NCBI GenBank assembly: GCA_947462925.1
Contig: CANHQP010000010.1
Span: forward strand, 13,664-77,663
DNA length: 64,000 nt
Direction: 5' to 3'
DNA from: Flavobacteriia bacterium
GTDB taxonomy: Bacteria; Bacteroidota; Bacteroidia; Flavobacteriales_D; Crocinitomicaceae
Each line of letters opens with the position of its first letter. Position 1 is the first letter of the stretch. This document shows positions 28,819 to 38,133 of the stretch, one piece after another. The notes beneath the pieces were generated by a model, which saw nothing but the letters and a program-made list of their open reading frames with translations, was not told where the DNA came from and made no database searches. A program made the translations under genes and the position numbers.

Positions 28819-30099
28819 ATGATGAATGATAAGATTGCAATTGTAGGACTGGGTTATGTTGGATTGCCATTAGCAAGGCTTTTAGCTACTAAATATCCAG
28901 TAATTGGTTTCGACATAAATCAAGGAAGAATTGCTGAACTAAATTCAGGACACGACGCAACTTTAGAAGTTGAAGATGATATTTTAAAAGCTGTTTTAAC
29001 AGGAACTCCCAAAATGGACAAAGGACTTTTTTGTAGTTCTAATTTGGAGGACATCAAGGATTCAAACTATTTTATTGTAACAGTCCCAACTCCTGTGGAT
29101 AAACACAATAAGCCAGATTTAACACCTCTATATAGAGCAAGTGAAACAGTTGGAAAAGTTTTGAAAAAAGGCGATATTGTCATCTATGAATCTACTGTTT
29201 ACCCAGGTGTAACGGAAGAAGAATGTGTTCCCGTTTTGGAAAAAGTAAGTGGATTAAAATTCAATGTTGATTTCTTCGCAGGATATTCTCCAGAAAGAAT
29301 CAATCCAGGTGATAAAGAACATACTGTTGAGAAGATATTAAAAGTTACCTCAGGTTCAACACCTGAAATTGGGCAGAAAGTAGATGCACTTTACAAAAGC
29401 GTTATCATTGCTGGAACTCACCTTGCTCCCACCATTAGAGTAGCCGAAGCAGCAAAAGTGATTGAAAACTCTCAAAGAGACATCAATATTGCATTTGTAA
29501 ATGAATTAGCTAAAATTTTCAATTTATTAGATATCAATACACACGATGTTTTGGCTGCTGCCGGAACAAAATGGAATTTCCTTCCTTTCAAGCCAGGATT
29601 AGTTGGTGGTCACTGCATTGGTGTTGACCCGTATTATCTAGCACAAAAAGCGCAAGAAAAAGGATACAATCCGGAAATCATTTTAGCAGGAAGAAGAATG
29701 AATGACGGAATGGGAGAATATGTTGCTTCTCAGGTTGTTAAATTGATGATTAAAAAAGGTATTTCTATCTTGGGTGCAGAGCTTTTAATGCTAGGAATTA
29801 CATTTAAAGAAAATTGCCCAGATGTTAGAAATACAAAAATTGTAGATGTAATAAATGCTCTTGTATCGTACGGAATTACTGTAAAAACATATGATCCCTG
29901 GGCTAATCCGGATGAGGTTAGGCATGAATATGGATTAGACACAACTACGGATATTCCAAATCAAAAATTTGATGCAGTTGTATTAGGAGTTTCTCATAAC
30001 GAATTTTTAAATCTCAATTTTGAAAATTTAGTAAACGAAATAAATGTCATTTATGATGTAAAAGGAATACTTAACATCCAAGTAGACGGAGTTTTATAA
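28819..30099 (+). CDS. UDP-N-acetylhexosamine 6-dehydrogenase (TviB/WbpO/Cap5O-like nucleotide-sugar dehydrogenase)
   Basis: NAD fold IAIVGLGYVGLPLA and catalytic-Cys block GLVGGHCIGVDPYY. 426 aa. Confidence 0.8.
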   Translation: MMNDKIAIVGLGYVGLPLARLLATKYPVIGFDINQGRIAELNSGHDATLEVEDDILKAVLTGTPKMDKGLFCSSNLEDIKDSNYFIVTVPTPVDKHNKPDLTPLYRASETVGKVLKKGDIVIYESTVYPGVTEEECVPVLEKVSGLKFNVDFFAGYSPERINPGDKEHTVEKILKVTSGSTPEIGQKVDALYKSVIIAGTHLAPTIRVAEAAKVIENSQRDINIAFVNELAKIFNLLDINTHDVLAAAGTKWNFLPFKPGLVGGHCIGVDPYYLAQKAQEKGYNPEIILAGRRMNDGMGEYVASQVVKLMIKKGISILGAELLMLGITFKENCPDVRNTKIVDVINALVSYGITVKTYDPWANPDEVRHEYGLDTTTDIPNQKFDAVVLGVSHNEFLNLNFENLVNEINVIYDVKGILNIQVDGVL

Positions 30100-30121
30100 T
30101 CAATCTTAAATTAATAATACA

Positions 30122-30478
30122 ATGAATTTCCAATTTATTGAGTCTGATAACAGACCTTGGGGAAGATATTTTGTTCTTCACGATGAGCCAAATTACAAGG
30201 TAAAAAGAATTGAAGTTGAGCCAAATCAAAGATTAAGTTATCAATACCATTTCAAAAGAGCTGAGGCATGGACTATCGTTCAAGGTGAAGCTACAGTAAC
30301 TCTTGATGGTGTAGATAAAATTTTTACAGTTGGAGAAACAGCAATTATCCCTCTAAGTGCTAAGCATAGGGTTGCAAATATGGGTACAGAACTGTTGATT
30401 TTTATTGAAGTTCAAACAGGTGATTATTTTGGTGAAGATGACATCGTTAGAATCGAGGATGATTACTCGAGAAAATAA
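30122..30478 (+). CDS. Stand-alone cupin resembling the C-terminal domain of type II phosphomannose isomerase
   Basis: 118 aa with RPWGRY, SYQYHFKRAEAWTIVQGEA and AKHRVAN blocks. Confidence 0.65.
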   Translation: MNFQFIESDNRPWGRYFVLHDEPNYKVKRIEVEPNQRLSYQYHFKRAEAWTIVQGEATVTLDGVDKIFTVGETAIIPLSAKHRVANMGTELLIFIEVQTGDYFGEDDIVRIEDDYSRK

Positions 30479-30501
30479 AATTCAAAAAACATACTTTACT
30501 G

Positions 30502-30930
30502 ATGAAACAATTTTCTAGAAAAAGACATATTGCTAAGACTTTCACTTGGAGAGCAGTTGGGACCATGGATACAATTCTGTTATCTTGGTTAGTATCTGGA
30601 GACTTGAAAATTGGAGCTGCAATTGGTGGTGCTGAAGTTTTTTCAAAGTTGCTTTTGTATTACCTTCATGAAAGGTTATGGTATAAAACAAATATTTTAA
30701 AATCAGTTTCTAGTAAATTAAGACACGCAATCAAAACGGTTTCCTGGAGAATTGTCGGTACATTAGATACGATGATGATGGGATGGATTGTATCCGGTAA
30801 TCCAATGACCGGTCTAAAAATTGGCGGATTAGAATTAGTAACAAAAATGGGGCTTTACTATCTTCATGAAAGGGTTTGGTATAGAAGTGATTACGGACTA
30901 ATTATTGAAACAAAAAATCAAAAAGAATAA
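30502..30930 (+). CDS. DUF2061-type small membrane protein (internally duplicated)
   Basis: Two ~60-aa repeats, each matching R-H-x-x-K-T-x-(T/S)-W-R-x-V-G-T-x-D-T ... YYLHER(L/V)WY(K/R). Each repeat has two hydrophobic segments. Confidence 0.65.
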   Translation: MKQFSRKRHIAKTFTWRAVGTMDTILLSWLVSGDLKIGAAIGGAEVFSKLLLYYLHERLWYKTNILKSVSSKLRHAIKTVSWRIVGTLDTMMMGWIVSGNPMTGLKIGGLELVTKMGLYYLHERVWYRSDYGLIIETKNQKE

Positions 30931-30945
30931 TAAATTGATTTCAAA

Positions 30946-31566
30946 ATGAAAATCGAAAATGATAATCCTAACAATGTTTACAATCAAAATTATTCGATTA
31001 GTAAGCTTAATAGGAATAAAAAAAACAATCATTCATCCTTGATGATTTTGTTTACAGGTTTATCCGGTTCAGGAAAATCTACAATAGCCAGTAAATTAGA
31101 ACAACATCTTCATTCACAAAATTTGCAGACTTACACCCTCGATGGCGACAATATGCGATTGGGTTTGAATAGCGACTTAGGATTTTCGCCAGAAGACCGA
31201 AATGAAAACCTAAGACGAATTGGTGAAGTGTCTAAACTGATGGTAGATGCAGGTTTGATTACACTCGCAGCATTTGTTTCACCATTAAAATCCGATCGGA
31301 AATTAATTGAAACAATTGTTGGTTCCGACAATTTCATAGAAATTTTCGTAAATACCTCATTAGAAGAGTGTGAACGGAGAGATGTTAAAGGACTGTATGC
31401 GAAAGCGAGAAAAGGTGAAATTCCAAACTTTACCGGTATTAGTTCACCTTATGAGGCACCTGAAAATCCTAGTTTAGAAATAAATACAGAAAATACTTCT
31501 GTCGAAAATGCGGTTGAAATTATTACCGAATATCTTAAAAATAAAATATCTTTGCACCATGAATAA
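30946..31566 (+). CDS. cysC: Adenylyl-sulfate (APS) kinase
   Basis: P-loop FTGLSGSGKSTIA, plus LDGDNMRLGLN and the FVSP motif. Confidence 0.9.
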   Translation: MKIENDNPNNVYNQNYSISKLNRNKKNNHSSLMILFTGLSGSGKSTIASKLEQHLHSQNLQTYTLDGDNMRLGLNSDLGFSPEDRNENLRRIGEVSKLMVDAGLITLAAFVSPLKSDRKLIETIVGSDNFIEIFVNTSLEECERRDVKGLYAKARKGEIPNFTGISSPYEAPENPSLEINTENTSVENAVEIITEYLKNKISLHHE

Positions 31567-32464
31567 ATATTATTTGAATTACTTAGACGAATTAGAGTCA
31601 GAAGCAATCTTCGTTCTAAGAGAAGTTGCAGCACAATTTGAAAATCCTGTAATTTTATTTTCAGGAGGAAAAGATTCAATTGTAGTTACATATTTAGCTC
31701 AAAAAGCTTTCTACCCTGCGAAAATGCCGTTCGCTTTGTTGCATGTTGACACGGGACATAACTTTCCCGAAACGATAGAATTTAGAGACAAATTGGTTAA
31801 TTCATTAGGTGTTCAACTATTGGTAGGTTCTGTGCAAGATTCTATTGATGATGGAAGAGTTGCTGAGGAAAAAGGCAAAAATGCATCTAGAAATGTATTG
31901 CAAATTACCACTTTGCTAGATACTGTTGAAAAATACAAAATCGATTGTGCGATTGGTGGCGGAAGAAGAGACGAAGAAAAAGCAAGAGCAAAAGAACGTT
32001 TTTTCTCACACAGAGATGAATTTGGACAATGGGATCCAAAAAATCAAAGACCTGAATTGTGGAATCTATTTAATGGAAAACAATTCAAAGGTGAACACTT
32101 TAGAGCATTCCCTATTTCAAACTGGACAGAAATGGATGTTTGGAATTACATCAATCGTGAGCAATTAGCTATACCTTCTTTATATTTTGCGCACGAAAGA
32201 GAAGTAATTTGGAGAGATGATGCTTGGATTCCACTTTCAGAACACATCAAGCTTGATGCAAATGAAATAGTTTCTACTAAAAGAATCAGATTTAGAACTT
32301 TAGGTGATATTACAATTACAGGAGGTATCGAATCTGACGCAGATACATTAGAAAAAATTGTTGATGAAGTTAGTACAATGAGATTAACTGAAAGAGGAAA
32401 TAGATCTGATGATAAAAGATCTGAAAGCGCTATGGAAGATAGAAAACGCGAAGGATATTTTTAA
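31559..32464 (+). CDS. cysD: Sulfate adenylyltransferase subunit 2
   Basis: PP-loop FSGGKDS and blocks LHVDTGHNFPE, GGRRDEEKARAKERFFS, MRLTERG. ATG 31559 overlaps the cysC stop by 8 nt. Confidence 0.9.
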   Translation: MNKYYLNYLDELESEAIFVLREVAAQFENPVILFSGGKDSIVVTYLAQKAFYPAKMPFALLHVDTGHNFPETIEFRDKLVNSLGVQLLVGSVQDSIDDGRVAEEKGKNASRNVLQITTLLDTVEKYKIDCAIGGGRRDEEKARAKERFFSHRDEFGQWDPKNQRPELWNLFNGKQFKGEHFRAFPISNWTEMDVWNYINREQLAIPSLYFAHEREVIWRDDAWIPLSEHIKLDANEIVSTKRIRFRTLGDITITGGIESDADTLEKIVDEVSTMRLTERGNRSDDKRSESAMEDRKREGYF

Positions 32465-32492
32465 TTAATCAAATCATTGAAATAAAAAAATT

Positions 32493-33749
32493 ATGGAATT
32501 ACATAACAGTCAATTATTGCGTTTTACAACTGCAGGTAGTGTAGATGATGGTAAAAGTACGCTTATCGGAAGATTACTTTATGACTCAAAATCAATTTTT
32601 GAAGATCAACTTTCATCAATAGAAACAACTTCAAAGAAAAAAGGGCACGAAGGTGTCGACTTGGCTCTTTTTACCGATGGTTTGAGAGACGAACGTGAGC
32701 AAGGTATTACGATTGATGTTGCATACAGATATTTTACCACTCCAAAACGTAAATTTATCATTGCAGATACTCCTGGACACATCCAATATACCAGAAACAT
32801 GGTAACTGGAGCATCTACAGCGAATGCCGCAATCATTTTAATTGATGCTAGAAATGGTGTTATTGAACAAACAAAAAGACACTCTTTTATTGCATCTTTA
32901 CTTCAAATTCCACACATTATTGTTTGCGTAAACAAAATGGATTTAGTGGAATACAGTGAAAAAAGATTCAATGAAATCGTTGAAGAGTTTGAAGTAATCT
33001 CTTCAAAATTAATGATTAAAGACGTCCATTTTATTCCAATCAGTGCATTGGATGGAGACAACGTTGTTAATCGCTCTGAAAATATGCCTTGGTTCAGTGG
33101 TGCGCCAATGTTGCATACTTTAGAAACACTTCACATTAGCAGCGATATCAATAAAGTTGATGCTCGTTTCCCTGTTCAAACCGTTATTCGTCCGCAATCT
33201 GATGAACATAGAGACTACAGAGGTTATGCTGGTAGATTAGAAAGTGGAATTTTAAGAGTTGGTGACGACATTACAGTACTACCTTCAGGATTTACATCGA
33301 AAATCAAGTCAATTAATTGTTTCGAAACTAATTATCAAGAAGCATTTGCACCAATGTCTGTATCTATAACTTTAGAAAACGATATCGATATTAGCAGAGG
33401 TGATATGATTGTAAGATCAAATAATCAACCAACTTGTTCGCAAGAGTTTGATGTCATGATTTGTTGGTTAAATAACAATTCTGCACGTCCCGGAGCAAAA
33501 TATTCAATCAAGCATACGAGTAACGATCAAAAAGCAATTATCAAGGAAGTTGTTTACAAAATGGATATCAACGCCATTGAAAGAAATAACGAAGATAAAT
33601 CTATCAATATGAATGACATTTGTAGAGTTAAAATTAGAACTACAAAGCCATTAATGATTGACGAATATAGAGATAATCGTATGACTGGAAGTATCATTTT
33701 AGTTGATGATGCAACCAATGAAACAGTTGCCGCAGGGATGGTAATCTGA
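32493..33749 (+). CDS. cysN: Sulfate adenylyltransferase subunit 1 (GTPase)
   Basis: GTPase motifs G1 GSVDDGKST, G3 DTPGH and G4 NKMD. There is no fused APS-kinase domain. Confidence 0.9.
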   Translation: MELHNSQLLRFTTAGSVDDGKSTLIGRLLYDSKSIFEDQLSSIETTSKKKGHEGVDLALFTDGLRDEREQGITIDVAYRYFTTPKRKFIIADTPGHIQYTRNMVTGASTANAAIILIDARNGVIEQTKRHSFIASLLQIPHIIVCVNKMDLVEYSEKRFNEIVEEFEVISSKLMIKDVHFIPISALDGDNVVNRSENMPWFSGAPMLHTLETLHISSDINKVDARFPVQTVIRPQSDEHRDYRGYAGRLESGILRVGDDITVLPSGFTSKIKSINCFETNYQEAFAPMSVSITLENDIDISRGDMIVRSNNQPTCSQEFDVMICWLNNNSARPGAKYSIKHTSNDQKAIIKEVVYKMDINAIERNNEDKSINMNDICRVKIRTTKPLMIDEYRDNRMTGSIILVDDATNETVAAGMVI

Positions 33750-33773
33750 TAAATAAACAAATTATTTGAAAAA

Positions 33774-34568
33774 ATGTCAGATTTAAATTTACTAAAAATT
33801 GCGATAGCTGCCGCGCTTGAAGCTGGTGAAAAAATCATGGAAATCTACGAAACCGAAGATTTTGGTGTAGATTTTAAAAGTGACAATTCCCCACTAACAA
33901 AAGCTGATGTTGCTTCTCATAATATTATTGAAAGTCATTTACTTACAACAAATATCCCAATTTTATCTGAAGAAGGGAAAAATATTCCATACGAAGATAG
34001 AAAGGATTGGAAGCAACTTTGGATAGTTGACCCAATAGACGGAACAAAAGAATTTATCAAAAGAAATGGAGACTTCACAGTTAATATTGCTTTGATTGAA
34101 AATCAAATTCCCGTTTTAGGTGTGATCTATACTCCTGTTTTAAATGAGTTGTTTTTCTCAACAAAAGAAAGTGGTGCATTCAAAGTAATTACTACCTCTC
34201 ATTCAGATGATTTCCAGTATTTACAAACAAATGCTATAAAACTTCCAATTGAAACAATTAAAGAGGCTTTCACAGTCGTTGCCAGTAAATCTCACATGTC
34301 TGTCGAAACAGAAGACTATGTCAAGGAACTGGAAAAAACACACGGAAAGGTTGAATTGATTTCCAGAGGAAGTTCATTAAAACTTTGCATGGTGGCAGAA
34401 GGAAAAGCGGATTGTTATCCACGTTTTGCTCCTACAATGGAATGGGATACAGCGGCTGGACAAGCTATTTGCATGCATGCAGGTTTTGAGGTGATCGATT
34501 GGTCAACTCAAAAGCAAATGCTTTACAATAGAGAAAATTTATTAAATAATTGGTTCTTAGTAAGATGA
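33774..34568 (+). CDS. cysQ: 3'(2'),5'-bisphosphate nucleotidase (PAP phosphatase)
   Basis: Inositol-monophosphatase superfamily motifs: [24 protein letters not shown]. Confidence 0.85.
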   Translation: MSDLNLLKIAIAAALEAGEKIMEIYETEDFGVDFKSDNSPLTKADVASHNIIESHLLTTNIPILSEEGKNIPYEDRKDWKQLWIVDPIDGTKEFIKRNGDFTVNIALIENQIPVLGVIYTPVLNELFFSTKESGAFKVITTSHSDDFQYLQTNAIKLPIETIKEAFTVVASKSHMSVETEDYVKELEKTHGKVELISRGSSLKLCMVAEGKADCYPRFAPTMEWDTAAGQAICMHAGFEVIDWSTQKQMLYNRENLLNNWFLVR

Positions 34569-35440
34569 AAGGTATAGTTTTAGCTGGTGGTTCAGGCACG
34601 CGTTTGTTTCCAATTACAAAAGGAGTTTCCAAACAGTTACTTCCGATTTATGATAAACCAATGATTTACTATCCAATATCAGTTTTGATGTTGGCTGGAA
34701 TTAGAGAAATACTTATTATTTCAACGCCACAAGATCTTCCAAATTTTGAAAAATTATTGGGTGATGGAAGTGATTTTGGAGTAAAGTTTAGCTACAAAGT
34801 ACAACCAAGTCCAGATGGATTGGCCCAAGCGTTTATCCTAGGTGAAGAATTTATTGGTTCGGATGATGTTTGTCTTGTATTAGGAGATAATATTTTCTAT
34901 GGACACGGACTGACAGAACTTTTAAAATCAGCTAAATCAAATGTAATCGATAAAGGAAATGCGACGGTATTTGGCTATTATGTAAATGATCCTGAACGAT
35001 ATGGTGTTGCTGAATTTGATAATACTGGTAAAGTAGTTTCTATCGAAGAAAAGCCGCTTTCGCCAAAATCAAATTACGCTGTTGTAGGTTTGTATTTTTA
35101 TCCAAATGAAGTGATTGAAATCGCAAAATCAATCAAACCTTCTGAACGTGGAGAACTTGAAATTACGACAGTAAATGAAGTGTTTCTCTCAAAAGAAAAT
35201 TTAAAGGTTGAATTGATGGGACGAGGATACGCTTGGTTAGATACAGGAACACATGATTCTTTAATTGAAGCAAGTAGTTTTATTCAAACAATTGAAAAAC
35301 GTCAAGGTTTGAAAGTGGCTTGTTTAGAGGAAATTGCTTTCGATCAAGGATTTATTTCAAAGGAAAAAGTTTTGGACCTTGCAAAACCGCTTGCTAAAAC
35401 TGGTTACGGTCAATATTTAATTAAAAAAGTTTCAAAGTGA
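34565..35440 (+). CDS. rfbA: Glucose-1-phosphate thymidylyltransferase
   Basis: [18 protein letters not shown] and YDKPMIYYP blocks. ATG 34565 forms an ATGA overlap with the cysQ stop. Confidence 0.95.
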   Translation: MKGIVLAGGSGTRLFPITKGVSKQLLPIYDKPMIYYPISVLMLAGIREILIISTPQDLPNFEKLLGDGSDFGVKFSYKVQPSPDGLAQAFILGEEFIGSDDVCLVLGDNIFYGHGLTELLKSAKSNVIDKGNATVFGYYVNDPERYGVAEFDNTGKVVSIEEKPLSPKSNYAVVGLYFYPNEVIEIAKSIKPSERGELEITTVNEVFLSKENLKVELMGRGYAWLDTGTHDSLIEASSFIQTIEKRQGLKVACLEEIAFDQGFISKEKVLDLAKPLAKTGYGQYLIKKVSK

Positions 35441-35985
35441 ATATAACAGAAACAAATATTGACGGTTTGGTTATCATTGAACCAAAGGTTTTTGGCGATG
35501 CTCGCGGATATTTCATGGAAACATTCCAAAAAAATACATTTAATTCAAACGTAACAGAAACTGAATTCATTCAAGACAATGAATCGAAATCCTCCAAAGG
35601 AGTTTTAAGAGGTTTACATTTTCAACTTCCACCCTATCAGCAAGCAAAATTGGTTAGGGTTATTGAAGGCGAAGTATTGGATGTTGCCGTAGATTTGAGA
35701 AAAGATTCAAAAACCTATGGTAAACATTATTCGATTTTGTTGTCAGGCGAAAATAAAAAGCAATTTTTTGTTCCAAGAGGATTTGCACATGGATTTGTTG
35801 TTTTAAGTGAAACTGCTATTTTCAGTTATAAAGTCGACAATCTATATGCTCCGACGCATGATTCTGGCATTCTGTGGAATGACGAAACATTGAACATTGA
35901 TTGGAATATCGATAGTGCATTGATCCAACTTTCTGAAAAAGACAAAAATTTAAGTTCATTTAAAGACTTTAATAGTCCATTTTAA
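35437..35985 (+). CDS. rfbC: dTDP-4-dehydrorhamnose 3,5-epimerase
   Basis: [18 protein letters not shown] and PRGFAHGF blocks. GTG start in a GTGA overlap with rfbA. Confidence 0.9.
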   Translation: MNITETNIDGLVIIEPKVFGDARGYFMETFQKNTFNSNVTETEFIQDNESKSSKGVLRGLHFQLPPYQQAKLVRVIEGEVLDVAVDLRKDSKTYGKHYSILLSGENKKQFFVPRGFAHGFVVLSETAIFSYKVDNLYAPTHDSGILWNDETLNIDWNIDSALIQLSEKDKNLSSFKDFNSPF

Positions 35986-35986
35986 A

Positions 35987-36859
35987 ATGAAAATATTAGT
36001 AACGGGAAAAAATGGTCAATTAGGATCTGAAATCAATTCGTTGGTTACCAATTATCCTCAGCACCATTTTCATTTTACTGGATCTAGTGAATTCAATCTT
36101 TCTAGTAAAGAATCGATGAGTTCATTTTTAAGTAATTACCAGTTCGATTTAATTATCAATTGTGCTGCATACACAGCTGTTGATAAAGCAGAAGACGACT
36201 CTGAAATGGCTGAAATGGTAAATGTTGAAGGAGTTCATTTTTTAGCCGAATATTGCGCTGAAAAGAACATCAAAATCATCCATATTTCAACAGATTATGT
36301 TTTTGATGGTTCCAAAAACACGCCCTATATCGAAAGCGACATTACAAACCCAACAGGAGTTTACGGTGAAACAAAGCGAAAAGGAGAAATCGAATTAATA
36401 AACAGCCGAGCAAATAGCATTATCATCAGAACTTCTTGGGTTTATTCAACTTTTGGAAATAACTTTGTAAAAACGATGTTGAAACTTGGCTCTGAAAGAG
36501 AGAGTTTAAACGTTGTTATAGATCAAATTGGAACGCCAACATATGCCAAAGATTTGGCTAATATATGTTTGACAATTGCCAATCAAATCGACAATTGGAA
36601 ATCTGGTTGTACAATTTATCACTATTCAAATGAAGGCGTGACGAGTTGGTACGACTTTGCACACCAGATCATGTCTTTAGCTAAATTGAAATGTAAGGTC
36701 TCCCCTATTGAAACTTATGAATATCCTACCAAAGCAAAAAGGCCACACTTTTCAGTTTTGAACAAAAACAAAATCCGTACAGATTTCAATTTGGAAATTC
36801 CTAATTGGAAGGAATCATTGCAAAAAATGTTACTAGCAAGTTCTAGGAATCTTAGATAG
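35987..36859 (+). CDS. rfbD: dTDP-4-dehydrorhamnose reductase
   Basis: MKILVTGKNGQLG, NCAAYTAVDKAE, STDYVFDG and YGETKRKGE blocks. Confidence 0.9.
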   Translation: MKILVTGKNGQLGSEINSLVTNYPQHHFHFTGSSEFNLSSKESMSSFLSNYQFDLIINCAAYTAVDKAEDDSEMAEMVNVEGVHFLAEYCAEKNIKIIHISTDYVFDGSKNTPYIESDITNPTGVYGETKRKGEIELINSRANSIIIRTSWVYSTFGNNFVKTMLKLGSERESLNVVIDQIGTPTYAKDLANICLTIANQIDNWKSGCTIYHYSNEGVTSWYDFAHQIMSLAKLKCKVSPIETYEYPTKAKRPHFSVLNKNKIRTDFNLEIPNWKESLQKMLLASSRNLR

Positions 36860-36870
36860 GTATAAAATAA

Positions 36871-38133
36871 ATGAATTTATCTAACATCATAAAGAAACTA
36901 TCAGGACCTGTAATATTTAATATACTTGGTTCATTATTTGGAATTTTATCTACGATAATAATTAGTCGATATTATGGTTCAGAAAAACTAGGAACAATAA
37001 GTTTAAGTTTAAAAATAACCCAAATCTTAATGGTGGTTTCATTATTTGGATTTAGAGAACAAATTATCAAAAACATTTCCATCTACTTAAAAGAAAATGA
37101 TTCACATAGTGCCTCAAACCTTGTGAGTAATATAAAATTCTTTTCTAGAATTAGCTCACTCATTATTACAGCAATAGTTTTAGTCATCCTTTATTTTTTC
37201 TCTATTCTTTTCGACAAAGATAAAAACTTTGTGCCATTCATGCAGATTTTTATCTTTTCACTTGTTTTTATTGTTCAAACAAAGAATAACACTTTTATAC
37301 TTATCTCTATGGGTAAATATAAAAAAAGTGTACTATTTGATGGATTTTATAATACTTTGTTTCTGTTGGTTTTACTACTAATTGTGATACTTTTAAAAAT
37401 TAATGTAACAATTGAAATTTTAGCTGTTGTATATTTTTTGTCTAGAATATTCAATTATGTGACATCGATATACTTATTTCGCAGAAACCCGTTTTTTAAA
37501 AAAATAAAAAATAGGGATTTTTCGTATATTAAAAATGGAAAAGATTTTTTTGCTATTTCTGTTATTAACACATTAATTGCAAATATAGACTTGGTAATTA
37601 TTGGCATCATTTTAAATCCAAAACTAGTTGCTATTTATGCAGTATGTTCTCGAATCTCACAAATTCTTGAACTTGTAACATATGTCCTATCGACTGCGAT
37701 TTCACCCGAGATTGCGACGCTATTTCATGACAAAAATTTTACTCAATTAAAACATGTTATTTTAAAATACATGTCTTTTTCTTTTTTAATTGCGTCTATT
37801 TTTTGTTTGTCTAGTTTGTTCTTAAGTTCTACACTATTAAATCTCTGGGGTGATGATTTTTCAAATTATTCTAAAGAATTAACAATAATGATTATTGCAA
37901 CTTCAATTGGATTCGTTTTTTCTCCCTATGCCAACTTCTTGTCCATGACTGGTCATCAAAAAGTGGAACTCAGGTTAAATTTTATCATTTCAATTATTTT
38001 TATTTTGATATTATTATTTTTAACCATTAACTTTGGATTAATTGGAAGTGCATTAGCTTTTCTTGTTAGAATTTTTTCAATAAATTTTTCAAGATTTTAT
38101 TTTTCGAAACAAATATTAAAAGAGACTATATGA
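36871..38133 (+). CDS. wzx: Wzx-type oligosaccharide flippase (MOP superfamily)
   Basis: 420 aa with ~12 predicted TM helices, placed inside a Wzy-type locus. No strongly conserved motif is expected for this family. Confidence 0.65.
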   Translation: MNLSNIIKKLSGPVIFNILGSLFGILSTIIISRYYGSEKLGTISLSLKITQILMVVSLFGFREQIIKNISIYLKENDSHSASNLVSNIKFFSRISSLIITAIVLVILYFFSILFDKDKNFVPFMQIFIFSLVFIVQTKNNTFILISMGKYKKSVLFDGFYNTLFLLVLLLIVILLKINVTIEILAVVYFLSRIFNYVTSIYLFRRNPFFKKIKNRDFSYIKNGKDFFAISVINTLIANIDLVIIGIILNPKLVAIYAVCSRISQILELVTYVLSTAISPEIATLFHDKNFTQLKHVILKYMSFSFLIASIFCLSSLFLSSTLLNLWGDDFSNYSKELTIMIIATSIGFVFSPYANFLSMTGHQKVELRLNFIISIIFILILLFLTINFGLIGSALAFLVRIFSINFSRFYFSKQILKETI

